DNA of 64,000 bases from an uncultured delta proteobacterium (GCA_963737265.1 CAVTRY010000012.1:288001-352000); one strand, 5' to 3'. Shown: positions 1-9,953, counted from the first letter of the stretch. Program-made: numbers and translations. Notes: generated from the sequence alone by a model not told the origin.

Positions 1-47
1 GGGGACGGGAAAGGTTGTTCGAGGGAGAGTACCCGTGGAGTGGGTTT

Positions 48-65
48 CCATACCCTCCGGTATGG
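48..65. promoter_or_regulatory. Inverted repeat CCATACC-N4-GGTATGG, likely antitoxin operator
   Basis: 7-bp inverted repeat about 27 bp upstream of the antitoxin start; TA operons typically autoregulate through such sites. Confidence 0.45.
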
Positions 66-91
66 TAGTATGCGTACCTGATGAGGGCGCA

Positions 92-337
92 ATGAAGACG
101 ACCATCGAACTTTCGGATAACCTCTTTGCTCGCGCGAGAAAACTGGCTCGCGAGGAGCGCAAGACCTTGCGGGCCATCGTCGAGGAGGGAGTCTCACTCG
201 CGCTCGATGCGCATGCCCGCCGTCGCTCACCCCGGATCAAACCGGTCGTGTTCGCCGGGAAGGGCTTGAGCGACGAGTTCCGCCATGCTCCTTGGCATCG
301 CGTGCGAGATCTCATTCACGCTGGGCGGGGCGGATGA
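92..337 (+). CDS. VapB-like antitoxin (RHH, DUF2191-like)
   Basis: MKTTIELSDNLFARARKLA... RHH-type N-terminus; ATGA overlap with the downstream PIN gene. Confidence 0.8.
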   Translation: MKTTIELSDNLFARARKLAREERKTLRAIVEEGVSLALDAHARRRSPRIKPVVFAGKGLSDEFRHAPWHRVRDLIHAGRGG

Positions 338-768
338 TCGCGGTCGACACGAACATCCTGGTCTACGCGCATCGTGCCGACAGCGAATGGCACGAAGTCG
401 CGCTCGAAAAAGTCCTGTCGCTTGCACGCGGCACATCCCGGTGGGCGATCCCGTGGCCCTGTGTCCACGAGTTCCTCGCAATTTGCACGCATCCCCGCAT
501 TTACGTTCCGCCATCGCCGCTTGCCTTGGCCATGGATGCGCTTGCGGAATGGTTCAAGTCGCCTCGCTGCGATGTCGTCGGAGAAGGACCGGAATACTTT
601 GGTCTACTCCGCGACCTCTGCGAGAAGGGCCGAGTATCCGGCGGCGCCATCCACGACGCCAGGATCGCCGCCATCTGCATGCATCATGGCGTTTCCGAAC
701 TGTGGAGCGCCGATCGCGACTTCGGCCGTTTCTCGGGCCTAAAGGTGACAAACCCGCTTCTTGCCTGA
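334..768 (+). CDS. vapC: VapC PIN-domain toxin
   Basis: MIAVDTNILVYA...HDARIAAIC...LWSADRDF PIN motifs. Confidence 0.9.
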   Translation: MIAVDTNILVYAHRADSEWHEVALEKVLSLARGTSRWAIPWPCVHEFLAICTHPRIYVPPSPLALAMDALAEWFKSPRCDVVGEGPEYFGLLRDLCEKGRVSGGAIHDARIAAICMHHGVSELWSADRDFGRFSGLKVTNPLLA

Positions 769-1064
769 CTTGGTGGATCGCGCAGGACCCTTTCGACTGT
801 CCGAAAAGCCCCGAACTTCACTTCGACATCAGCCCGCGCATCGCCGCCAAGAGCAAGTGGCCAAGAATCGAGGCCATCGGCCGCAGCAGGGCCTTCCTTG
901 ACCAATACCGGTTGGCCATCAAGGCATGGATGGATGGCGTCGCCCACGTCGTCTTCCCCTACGGAACCTATTGGATGCGGAAGTTCGCGCGCGTCCTTTG
1001 CGAGGCGGCGGATGGGATGCAAGAGGCCTTTGCAACACCCGACGAAGCGTCAGCACCGGCGTAA
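769..1064 (+). pseudogene. C-terminal fragment of a RAYT/Y1-type HUH transposase
   Basis: ISPRIAAKSKWPRIEAI...FLDQYRLA...VVFPYGTYWMR resembles the C-terminal tail of myxobacterial REP-associated tyrosine transposases; no N-terminus. Confidence 0.6.
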
Positions 1065-1226
1065 GGCCGGTCCGCAGGCATGGCCGTGACAGGAAAGTGT
1101 CGTTCGAGAAGACACATCCCAAGGCTATCCAAGGACGTTCGCAACCGAATCCGCAGGGCCATTGTTCCAAGCCCGCGCGTTCCAGGAAAGGCTGACCCCT
1201 GATGCGAGATGCTGGCGCCGAAGGTT

Positions 1227-1826
1227 CTATGATTCGTCGGCGGCATCCTCGGCAATCGTGACGGGTTCCAGCGCCGCCTCGCTCGACGGTGAGAGGAGCG
1301 GCCACGTCGCAGTGGGGTGGCTTGGCTTGGGCGAGTTGAGGCGGATTTGCTCGCCGTTCAACGCCACGTCGTCGTTTGCGCTGAGCTCGATGTTGCCGCG
1401 GCGAGCGCGGTGCTGCTGCGCATGGGCCTCGGACTGGATAGTTCCCCCGGCGCGGACTTCGATATTCCTGTCGACGACTTCGGTGAGATTCGCGCTGCGC
1501 AGGGTGATTTGTTCGCGGGCGTTCAATTCGAGCCGCTCACAATCGAGGCGCAGCTCGCCCGCGGCAGCGAGCCGCAGCGATTGTGCCTGCATTTCCACCA
1601 CCGGCCCATCCGCGCCAAGAGTCATGCGCAGACACATCTGCCCGTCCCGTCCCGTGACCGACAAAACATCCTCGCCGTTCACCTGGTTGCAAGCCAAGAC
1701 GTAGCCCGAACGCAGAAGAATGGACTCGTTGGTTCTTTGGGTGGCCGCAAGCTCGGCAGGCTGCGAGTCGTGCGACGGGCGATTCTGGTTGGGGGGCGCG
1801 GCTTGCGTTTTGGGCGTGTCATTCAT
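1227..1826 (-). CDS. Small VgrG/gp5-like beta-helix spike protein (DUF6484/DUF3540-like)
   Basis: Repeating beta-strand pattern (LRLDCERLELNAREQITLRS...GNIELSANDDVALNGEQIRLN); lies in the DUF2169/PAAR cluster. Confidence 0.55.
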   Translation of the reverse strand: MNDTPKTQAAPPNQNRPSHDSQPAELAATQRTNESILLRSGYVLACNQVNGEDVLSVTGRDGQMCLRMTLGADGPVVEMQAQSLRLAAAGELRLDCERLELNAREQITLRSANLTEVVDRNIEVRAGGTIQSEAHAQQHRARRGNIELSANDDVALNGEQIRLNSPKPSHPTATWPLLSPSSEAALEPVTIAEDAADES

Positions 1827-1952
1827 GATGGAACCTTCGTGGCAAGTTGATGGAAGCTCAATCGTAGTCCCTCAGCGGCAGGGCGTCGGCGATACTCAAG
1901 GTGTTTGGACAAGGTTGGTCACAGTGAACCCTCTTGACACGGCCGGTCAAGA

Positions 1953-2645
1953 TCACTCGTGGTCCTTCAGCGGCAACGCGTCGACAATACCTGCGAGATC
2001 GTCGATAATCTTCCGCAGATCGACGGGATCGGTACGCAAGCAGAAGGAATATCCCTGGAATTTCACCTTGGGTCGATCTGCGTACTCAGCGGTGATGGCG
2101 ATGCGCCGCGGTTCTATGGCCACTTCTGTGATGCGCAAAGGCCGTCGCGCTGGATCGAGGAGTCCGAGAATACGGTTCTGTTCCGTCGGAATAAGGTCAA
2201 GCAACTGCACCTTCGCCTCCCGCAAATACTTCTCCTTCCAATACCCGAATAGATTGTCACCAGATCGTTGACGGAAAGTTGGTGGAATAGCCCACCCGTC
2301 ATCATGTCTGGGTGCAAGTGCAACGGAAATACAAGGTTCGCGATATGGATGATGGCCTGAGATGCCGTCGCCGCTGCCCTGGGTTTCGTAGGCAGGCTGG
2401 ATCTCGATTCCATAGCCAAGATATTTCCCGGTCAGGACTGGTACTAGTGGAATGTCGAGTCCCGACGGGAGGGGGGCATAGGTCAGATTCAAGTCTAGCG
2501 GCTGGGAAGCTTTCTCCAACAAGGAAACGGTGAAAGCCATTTCGGCAGCTGCACATTTTTTGTACCGAGCTTCGCTTGCAAACGTGTGTACAAGCAATCC
2601 CCCGAGCGCCACCACGGCTAGAAAGAGACCTAGGACTTCCAACAT
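1953..2645 (-). CDS. Membrane-anchored hypothetical protein (possible immunity protein)
   Basis: N-terminal TM helix; co-oriented within the spike cassette; appears lower in GC. Confidence 0.55.
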   Translation of the reverse strand: MLEVLGLFLAVVALGGLLVHTFASEARYKKCAAAEMAFTVSLLEKASQPLDLNLTYAPLPSGLDIPLVPVLTGKYLGYGIEIQPAYETQGSGDGISGHHPYREPCISVALAPRHDDGWAIPPTFRQRSGDNLFGYWKEKYLREAKVQLLDLIPTEQNRILGLLDPARRPLRITEVAIEPRRIAITAEYADRPKVKFQGYSFCLRTDPVDLRKIIDDLAGIVDALPLKDHE

Positions 2646-2660
2646 CTGAAGGTTGAACCC

Positions 2661-3866
2661 CTATGCGACTGGCTCCGCATCCAACGGTTGGAGCCTTTCT
2701 CGGTCGACAAAGACCTCCACGCTCTCCGAGACGGTCTTTAGCGGATCTTCCGATCTTTTCAGTGAATCTAGGAGTCCTTGGGGGAGCACCCAGGATGCGT
2801 GCCAAATTGCATAGACGCCCATCTCCAGAAGGCTGATAAGGATCCGATGGGTTGTAACTCTTGGCTCGCTGACTTTGCCAAGGTGTCGGACGAGCACGCG
2901 AGGTTGATCGGGTGGAACTTGGACCACCATTGAACCGTCGGGGGAGAGAGAGGTGAGTTCGATTGGGTCAATACGGTCAAGCTTGGGCAGAATTAGCGCC
3001 GGCGATGCTGCGTCAGCGCATCGCCAATCCAATGGGGTATCGAGCTTCGCACTCATGACCTTCCGAACGTGGCCCACATCCAAATAGCCACAGCGAACTT
3101 CGGGCACCAGGCGATCGTCAGCCGGCAAGCCGTCGGGAATAGCGCCGTAGTGAACCAAGCGCGGATACCAACCCTTGGAAAACCAGTTGCAGCTCCACGG
3201 CATGGGCTGGCGCCACCAGTGGAGGGGATCTACCGTCACGAGGCGCTGTGGCGTCAGTAGATCTGCGGGGTTCTCAATATTGGGCAAGACCAGACCGTCG
3301 AGACGCGCACTCTCAGATACGACATACCCCCTTCCGATGGGATTGCGTGGATAAACACCGGGGTCGAGGGACAACATCTGCTCAAGGTGAGTGACCTTTG
3401 GGAGCGGCACGGTATCGTCAAAGCCGCCGTAGGCATTTTCGTACCGCATTTCGATTGCATCGAAAGGTTCGGGAGGTGTGAATTACCAGGTTCCCTTGCC
3501 GTGGTACGCGACTCGTCGGTCGCCACTGATTCGATAGCAGACCTCGTGACCGCCAACCCGAATTTTCGCTGTCTCATGCCGAGCGCCACGACCCCATGCC
3601 TTTGCCATAACGATCAGATCGGTGCGTTGTTTGAGGGGAATGATGTCGGTTTCGTTGAAGTCCGCTTCGTCTTCCGCCATGTCATTGCCAGCGAGCAAGG
3701 GAATCTCCCCTTCAGCACGCGTGCAGCGCCCGTCGGGGCGGAGACGATAGACCCTCTTCACATGAACCGACAGACTCGGACGGCCCTGCTCGTCGGCAGC
3801 CAGCAAATAGGTCCTGCTGGGTGGAGGTCGGGTTGCTTGGGGGTCGGTATCAACCACTGACGTCAT
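2661..3866 (-). pseudogene. DUF2169-family T6SS adaptor interrupted by an in-frame TAA at 3483-3485
   Basis: ORFs 3483-3866 and 2661-3449 share a frame (...GDRR..GKGTW*FTPPEPFDAIEMRYENAYGG...NPIGRGY...LPNIE), with DUF2169 motifs. Confidence 0.75.
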
Positions 3867-3869
3867 GTG

Positions 3870-4712
3870 CTACCACCATTTTGCGTCAAAGAATTTGTAG
3901 CTGTAGTCACCCCGGCCGACGCTCGGGGATCCGCGCGCAGCACCCGTGACTAGGGGTGACACAACCCAGCTCTTGAGAAGGTGATCAATCGCTTTGTTAC
4001 CCAGTTGCGGAAGCATGTACCTGGCGGCCAGTCGCGCACCCCCCTGCGCCATCACCGTGAAGATTCCCGCGTTGGGCTGCAGGGTGAATCCCAAGAGAAG
4101 AGTCCTCGCGCACCTATTCGCGATCGCGTTCTTTTCCGGAAAGAACTTGAAGAGCTTTTCGAAAAGAGGGTTCTTGCTGACGAATTTGCTCCAAAGTTTG
4201 TCGACCAGAATGTCCATGGCGATGTACAGAACGCCTTTTATCAAGTCGCCGACGGACGGACTTGTCCACACAGTGCATTTGAAAAGGAGAACGACACCCG
4301 TTGGAAGTGAGACAGGATTACAGCAAATTTCTCCAAACAGAAAAGCTAGGTAGGTTCCTACTGGACTTCCCTTGAGTTGAACGCTGGAGATCGGAAACAT
4401 GACTTTATGCTTGGAGAGCAGCGTGTTGACTGCGCACAAGGCGTTCATGGGAATGGCAAAATGCGGAATCATGTAGCCGACGTCATGGCCCTGCTTGACG
4501 CCGGGATTGCCGTCTACGAGTACGGTGAGGGCTTTCTTGTGTGACAGGGTTCCAGCGGGATTCCCCATCGGCATTGGCCCCTCAAGCAAGCCGGGAAGAG
4601 CAGTTGGAGACGGCGGAATCGGGGGGCATGCAGCGTTGTGCATGGTGAACGCCGAAATCACCCATTGCCCGTATCCAGCATTCAGTATTGGACAAGGAAT
4701 TCCTAAACCCAT
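3870..4712 (-). CDS. PAAR-like spike-tip protein with C-terminal helical extension (candidate effector)
   Basis: Pro/His/Cys-rich N-domain (TVLVDGNP..GHD..IPH..SSVQLKGSPVG..CCNPVSLPT) between two DUF2169 genes; amphipathic C-terminus. Confidence 0.55.
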   Translation of the reverse strand: MGLGIPCPILNAGYGQWVISAFTMHNAACPPIPPSPTALPGLLEGPMPMGNPAGTLSHKKALTVLVDGNPGVKQGHDVGYMIPHFAIPMNALCAVNTLLSKHKVMFPISSVQLKGSPVGTYLAFLFGEICCNPVSLPTGVVLLFKCTVWTSPSVGDLIKGVLYIAMDILVDKLWSKFVSKNPLFEKLFKFFPEKNAIANRCARTLLLGFTLQPNAGIFTVMAQGGARLAARYMLPQLGNKAIDHLLKSWVVSPLVTGAARGSPSVGRGDYSYKFFDAKWW

Positions 4713-4720
4713 GATGACTC

Positions 4721-5857
4721 CTAACCAGAGGCGAGCAGGGGAAGCGATTCGATGATTTGAGTTAGGGGATGCATTTCGCGCAGCATGTCCCAGGGGATCG
4801 GCATGTTCTCGGGAAGGTCGGGCGATTCGATGGAGATCGCCGTGGGCTTTGCCGCCAGTTCATTGGTGATAATCGTCGTGGACGAATCGAGCGGGGGTGT
4901 GTCGCTGACGAACAGGCGAACGTGGCGCAGGCGTTCGGGGATGAATTGGTACAGAAACGCGCGCCGGGCGACGACCCACAGGCGGCGTTGATCGGGCACC
5001 AGGCACAGGGTATCGGGAATCAATTGCAGCTGGTGTTTGCGCTGGCCCAGCATGATTTCGGCGGCGAGGTTCAGGCTGGGCAGGCGGCATTGCCAGGGCG
5101 AGCTGGACATGCCAGTAACGGACACCGGGGCGCCCGCTGGGAAGGCGGGCAGGTGCATGCGTGGGTGCGATGACACGAAAGCCAGCGGCGTGAAGGTGGT
5201 CTTTTGTCGTTCGAGATCGACGTTGATTCCTCGCGTGCCGCGCAGTGCGCTGGTTCTGGGCAAGGGCAACAGGCTGGCGGGCAGGGGCGTCTGGTCCCAG
5301 CTGGTCATCGGCTGGTCGACCTCTTCGAGGTTGGGAAGGCGAATGCCAGGCGCAAGCTTCGCGGAAAGGCACCATCCTCGGCCAAGGGGATTGTTGGGCT
5401 CGGTGGTTTCGATGCCGCTGGGGTGGATGGCCTTGCCCCCGAAGGCTCGGGAATAGTCGAGGGACATGGTTTGAAAGAGGGCGGTTCGCGAAACCGAGAC
5501 GCCGAAGGTCCTGGGCAGCCAAGCGCGATCTCCCGTCACCTGGAGCGTCCGCGCGAAGTTACCGATCTTGATGGTGACCAGCATTTTCTCGGCCAAGCCC
5601 TTGGGGCTAACGGCGGGCCCATAGACCGCGAAATCGCAGCCCTGTTTGATGGGCACCAAATCGTTTTCCAGGACGCCGAGGGGTGTTTCCACATCGCCCT
5701 CGTTGATGCCAAGTGGCTCGCCTGCCGGGGTCGCCGTCCCGTTTGCGTCAACCTGGTAGGACGCCTTGGCGACGAGCGTTGCGAGAACGAGATCTCGATA
5801 GTGAAGCTGGGCGCGAAGAATCTGCGCTGGAAAAGGGGTAGGCTCGATAAGCTGCAT
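4721..5857 (-). CDS. DUF2169-family T6SS adaptor protein
   Basis: DLVPIKQGCD..VTGDRAW..YSRAFGG..NPLGRG..LPNLEE motifs. Confidence 0.8.
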   Translation of the reverse strand: MQLIEPTPFPAQILRAQLHYRDLVLATLVAKASYQVDANGTATPAGEPLGINEGDVETPLGVLENDLVPIKQGCDFAVYGPAVSPKGLAEKMLVTIKIGNFARTLQVTGDRAWLPRTFGVSVSRTALFQTMSLDYSRAFGGKAIHPSGIETTEPNNPLGRGWCLSAKLAPGIRLPNLEEVDQPMTSWDQTPLPASLLPLPRTSALRGTRGINVDLERQKTTFTPLAFVSSHPRMHLPAFPAGAPVSVTGMSSSPWQCRLPSLNLAAEIMLGQRKHQLQLIPDTLCLVPDQRRLWVVARRAFLYQFIPERLRHVRLFVSDTPPLDSSTTIITNELAAKPTAISIESPDLPENMPIPWDMLREMHPLTQIIESLPLLASG

Positions 5858-5972
5858 AGGGAACGAAGTCTCGGTCGGTATTTAGGATGATGTCAACGAA
5901 AACGGTCAGGGAGAGGACACCGAACGGTCCGAACGGTTATCGGCCCTGCCAAAATCCTGGGATCCAGGCAAT

Positions 5973-6354
5973 ATGGCCACTCTGTGTCCCGCGGGCCCGA
6001 CATGTGGGCCCGTAAGTCGTCGCTTCATCGAAATCGGAATCAGCGGCCATCTTCCGAAGACGGGGACCACATGTCATCTTAGCGTCTGCGTGCCATTCGA
6101 CCCGCAAGTGGATCGCCTCCCGGTCGATTTCGAATTCGCCCCGGAGATGCTGACGGCGCGCGGAGGCCCATGGTTGCAAGAATATGTCTGCTCCGGCTAC
6201 TCCGAGGAGACAGTGCTGCCAAGGGCTCGCGGGGAAGGTAATCTCATATATCCCGTTTCGTCACTTGATGGTTCCCCTCCACGCTGGAAGGGCCGCGTTG
6301 TGCTAAAGAAGGTAGGTGGATTGGGCGAGCTGGTACTTGGAAACCTCGACTACA
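5973..6354 (+). pseudogene. Hypothetical ORF fragment truncated at a RAYT-end repeat
   Basis: Open frame runs directly into the repeat unit starting at 6355. Confidence 0.3.
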
Positions 6355-6455
6355 GGGTAATCATGCAGTCACGGCCGGGCACGACCTGGCGAGGGAGGGT
6401 CATGCATGGGTTCTCGGCAACGGCAGTTGCGAGGGAAGTACCCTCGGACGGGATT
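6355..6455 (-). repeat. RAYT 5'-end unit 1 (first codons of transposase + leader + GTACCCTCGGACGGGAT)
   Basis: Minus strand encodes MTLPRQVVPGRDCMIT, as at 48386; followed by the shared leader and core repeat. Confidence 0.8.
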
Positions 6456-6543
6456 TCCGATTGGAAGGGAAACACGATGTTCGCCAAACCAGCCACGTGA
6501 CCCAGGAAGGCATCCCGACACTTCTCGACGAAGCCTCGGTTGC

Positions 6544-6779
6544 CTACTTACCTCGATAAACGTCTTTCCGACGATGATCCTATAGCCACCGTGATCGTAC
6601 CTCCAGAAGTCGCCGAGTTTGGAACCCTTCAACGCCTCCCCAAGAGCGCGAGGATTTTCCAACGGCGCGATCCTTTCATCGAGATACTTCAAGATGCGCT
6701 TGGAAATCTGACGGTCGAAGGATTCGAGATTTCGCGCTGCCTCGGGAGAGTATCGTAAACGCTAGGGCGCCTTACTCAT
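6544..6779 (-). pseudogene. relE: RelE/ParE toxin pseudogene
   Basis: MSKAP*RLRYSPEA...ENPRALGEALKGSKLGDFWRY...YRII; early TAG plus an internal deletion before RKDVY. Confidence 0.8.
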
Positions 6780-6992
6780 TTGCCGTCTTGAGGCCGTACC
6801 GCTTCATCATGTCTTCGTGTGAGATCGTGACGCCGCCAGCACGAATTTCAGCAAGACTCTTCTCGGCCAGGTAGATGTCTTCCATGTCGTCGATGCGCTC
6901 CTCGATGGCCTTGCGCGCGTAGAACGACTTCGTCCTCCCGGTGGATTCCGCCAGGGATGCGAGGCGCTTTTCTAGGTCTTGGGGAAGCCGTA
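6772..6992 (-). pseudogene. RelB/TraY-like RHH antitoxin, 5'-truncated
   Basis: RLPQDLEKRLASLAESTGRTKSFYARKAIEERIDDMEDIYLAE; the start region is replaced by repeat unit 2. Confidence 0.75.
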
Positions 6993-7240
6993 CATGTGCA
7001 TGAGTTCTCGGAAAACGGCAGGGGAAAGTTGCGCGAAAAAGCACCTTGGAAGGGACTTGGGGGAAGACTATCGGACGGAATTTCTGAGTTGCGCTAAAGA
7101 GTACCCTCGGAGGGGATTTCGGATTTCCGGAGGAAAAAGTACCCTCGGACGGGATTTTGGATTGAAGTACCCTCGGACGGGGATCTGCGAAGAAGTACCC
7201 TCGGACGGGGATCTAAATTCCGACGTACCCTGGATGGGAG
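6993..7240. repeat. Repeat unit 2: leader + tandem AAGTACCCTCGGACGGGAT copies
   Basis: About 6 exact or degenerate copies with short variable linkers. Confidence 0.85.
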
Positions 7241-7270
7241 TCGGGATTTTTGGATTTGCGAGCTCGGCGC

Positions 7271-7675
7271 TCAGTCTTTCCAGCTCTCGACAGTGAGACC
7301 GGTGATCGTGCCATCGAGCAAGGCGCCGTCGTTCGTCACCAGCGTGGCCCCCAGGTCAAGCGCAGTCGCCGCGATCAGCATGTCCAGGTCCGCTTTGTTG
7401 ATGCCCTTCGCGCGTAGCTCCGCCTTCAAGCGCCCAAAATGAGCCGCTCCCCCGAGGCTGAGCGGCACGATCTCCAGCGGCTCCAATTCCTTCTCCAGGT
7501 GGCGGCAGTTCGCTTCCTGTCGCGTGGAGCGCTGCACGCCGCAAAACAGCTCCGCCACCACGACGATGCTGGTCACCACTCGTCCAGTTCGCCCAGCTTC
7601 ATTGGCCCGGGCTCGGACGCCTGCCTCACCGTTCAGGATGTAGACCAGCGTGTTGGTGTCGAGTAGCCAAGTCAC
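7271..7675 (-). CDS. vapC: VapC PIN-domain toxin
   Basis: MTWLLDTNTL...DMLIAATAL...LVTND. Confidence 0.9.
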   Translation of the reverse strand: MTWLLDTNTLVYILNGEAGVRARANEAGRTGRVVTSIVVVAELFCGVQRSTRQEANCRHLEKELEPLEIVPLSLGGAAHFGRLKAELRAKGINKADLDMLIAATALDLGATLVTNDGALLDGTITGLTVESWKD

Positions 7676-7968
7676 AGGATCTCAGGCGTCTCCGCGTTTC
7701 CACCAGCGTCCCGTCCCTCTCGCAGGATCCGGATGATCTCCTCGGTGGACTCCCCTTCCCACGGCCCCGCCGCTGCCATCCGATCTCCCAGGCCAGGCGC
7801 CGGCTCCTCGCCACGAGCGGTGACTACCCGCAACTCCACGTCGAGTTCGTCCAGGTGCGCACGCACCGGCTGCGACGGGTCGCGCCTCAGCTTTGCCAGT
7901 GCTTCCTCCAGCGCTTTCGGAATTTGTTTTTGCGGTGTCGACCGGATCCGTGGCGGCTGGATTTTCAT
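7672..7968 (-). CDS. Putative antitoxin for the adjacent VapC
   Basis: Small gene overlapping the vapC start; acidic C-terminus (WEGESTEEIIRILRE). Confidence 0.6.
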   Translation of the reverse strand: MKIQPPRIRSTPQKQIPKALEEALAKLRRDPSQPVRAHLDELDVELRVVTARGEEPAPGLGDRMAAAGPWEGESTEEIIRILREGRDAGGNAETPEIL

Positions 7969-7987
7969 TCCGTCAGCGCCTTTCCCA

Positions 7988-8497
7988 TCAAGCCGCGGCA
8001 TTCCAGTCCTCGCCCTGCAACGTCATCTTGATTCGGCTCGGCTTGGCGATCGAGCCGAGTCGCGCGAACAGGCCAATATCTGGCCGCGCATCCCAGTCGT
8101 GCAACAGGACCAACGTCCGCAACAGACGATCCGGAACTTGCCCGATCGGTTCACGCCCTGTCTCCCAGCGTGAAACCGACGTCTTGGTGACGCCCAAGTG
8201 TTGTGCCATTTCTTCGCCGGTGAAGTTGAGATGGTGGCGAAGAAATGCCACCTCCGACGCTGCCAGCCGGCCCGGCTTCTTCACAACCGCTGCTGCGACA
8301 GCTCGATGTAGACGTGCAGGGGCATGGATCGCGACGCTTTCCCCAGCGCAAAGCACGCACCTCAGGATCGTCGCGTTCTCCAGCGTCACCGACAACCCTC
8401 CCTCGAAGCGGTAGCGATAGGGACGTCGCTCGGTTTCGAGCATACCGCCGCAGTCAAGACACTTCCCCGCTCCAGGTTTCTTCCTATTGCTTCGCAT
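7988..8497 (-). CDS. MqsA-like antitoxin (YgiT zinc finger + XRE HTH)
   Basis: CLDC...CVLC zinc finger; LRHHLNFTGEEMAQHLGVTKTSVSRWETG HTH. Confidence 0.85.
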   Translation of the reverse strand: MRSNRKKPGAGKCLDCGGMLETERRPYRYRFEGGLSVTLENATILRCVLCAGESVAIHAPARLHRAVAAAVVKKPGRLAASEVAFLRHHLNFTGEEMAQHLGVTKTSVSRWETGREPIGQVPDRLLRTLVLLHDWDARPDIGLFARLGSIAKPSRIKMTLQGEDWNAAA

Positions 8498-8514
8498 GAT
8501 GCCTTTCCTCCCTT

Positions 8515-8823
8515 TCACCTGGCGCGCCACGCCGTCACGACCACCGTCCAGCTCTCGGTTCGCAAGCTGATCACCACGCACACCTTCGACCGACGAACCC
8601 GATATCTCCACGATCCCCGCTCCTGCTCCCCCGGCTCGACAACACCTCCGCGAAGAACGCCCACGACTTCATCCTCCGTGATGTCGTCATCTGCCATTTC
8701 CTTGCGGGCGTGTGGCGAGTATTCAATGGTTCCGTTCTCCAGCAGCGCCACCAGAAGCGATTTGACTCTACCGGGCTCCAGAGGCTCCTTTATCCATCGT
8801 GAGACTATGCCGTTGGTATACAT
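8515..8823 (-). CDS. DUF4258-family toxin
   Basis: YSPHARKEMADDDITEDEVVGVLRGG...WRYRV...VVVTAW; upstream of the MqsA-like gene; start uncertain. Confidence 0.75.
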   Translation of the reverse strand: MYTNGIVSRWIKEPLEPGRVKSLLVALLENGTIEYSPHARKEMADDDITEDEVVGVLRGGVVEPGEQERGSWRYRVRRSKVCVVISLRTESWTVVVTAWRAR

Positions 8824-8946
8824 AATGTCAACCCAATCGGCGATTTTGGCCAACGGCCGTGGGCCGGGTTCGACCGTCTGACCGAGCGGAACGCTTCATC
8901 GTGTCGGTCGCGCTCGGTCTTGCCGATTCTGAAGCTGGTAAAACCG

Positions 8947-9327
8947 TCATGTAGTCAGGGCCGGGCACGACCCGGCGAGGGAGGGTCATGCATGGGTTCT
9001 CGGAAAACGGCAGGGGAAAGTTGCGCGAAAAAGTACCTTGGAAGGGACTTGGGGGGAAGACTATCGGACGGAATTTCTGAGTTGCGCGAAAGAGTACCCT
9101 CGGACGGGATTTCCGGGAGAAAAAGTACCCTCGGACGGGATTTTACGGGATTTTAAAGAGGGTATTTCCGGGGGAAAAAGTACCCTCGGACGGGATTTTG
9201 GATTGAAGTACCCTCGGACGGGGATCTGGGGATTTTAAGGATTTTGGATTGAAGTACCCTCGGACGGGGATCTGCGGACGGGGATCTGCGGACGGGGATC
9301 TAAGAAGTACCCTCGGACGGGGATCTG
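8947..9327. repeat. Repeat unit 3: RAYT 5' end + leader + tandem core repeats
   Basis: Closely matches 6993-7240 and adds the RAYT start codons; about 7 core copies. Confidence 0.85.
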
Positions 9328-9671
9328 CCGGAATAGTCCTTGTGCCCCGAGGCTCAAACTATCGCGACCAGCTGGCGCAAACCCGTCTCGAAGCCGACGC
9401 CCGTCGGCTAACCAATCTCCGCGACCATTTCGAGCAGCAGATCCTTGCCCGTGTCGGGGACCAGGCTCACGCAGGCTCGAAAGCGCGTCGGCCCGACCAA
9501 GCAAGCGCTGGTGACCACCACGCGGGATGGACTGGCATGTCCTTGACATCTCCTTTTCCAGAGGACCGGTGTCTACCGAAATGACCCTCGGACCGGGGTC
9601 TCTGTCTCCGGACCGAGACCGACCGTCAGGATCTCCGAAGCGGGAATGTTTCATCTGCTGCAACCTGTGAA

Positions 9672-9685
9672 ACATGTTAACATGT
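9672..9685. promoter_or_regulatory. Perfect palindrome ACATGTTAACATGT, likely Phd operator
   Basis: 14-bp palindrome 4 bp before the antitoxin ATG. Confidence 0.55.
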
Positions 9686-9689
9686 ACCC

Positions 9690-9953
9690 ATGACTCACAT
9701 GACAGTGCGTGACGTCCGACTCCACTGGCCCGCGGCCGAGAAAGCTCTGGCCAATGGTGAGGAGATCGTGGTTACCCGAGACGCGAAGCCAGTCGCACGT
9801 CTCCTACCCTTCGTTCCGTCTACGCCACGGGTTCGTTCTCCCTTCAATCCAGCGTTGCACTTCCGTCGACTCAAACGCTTCTGGACGAACCAGTCTACGC
9901 AACCGTCAACGGACGAATGGCTGGCGCGCGATCGCTCAGATGCCACCCAATGA
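9690..9953 (+). CDS. Phd/YefM-family antitoxin
   Basis: GEEIVVTRDAKPVARLLP motif. Confidence 0.85.
   Translation: MTHMTVRDVRLHWPAAEKALANGEEIVVTRDAKPVARLLPFVPSTPRVRSPFNPALHFRRLKRFWTNQSTQPSTDEWLARDRSDATQ

Noticed and set aside
7035-9327. CRISPR array
   Set aside because: Repeats are under 20 bp, linkers are short, low-complexity and reused, and no cas genes are present
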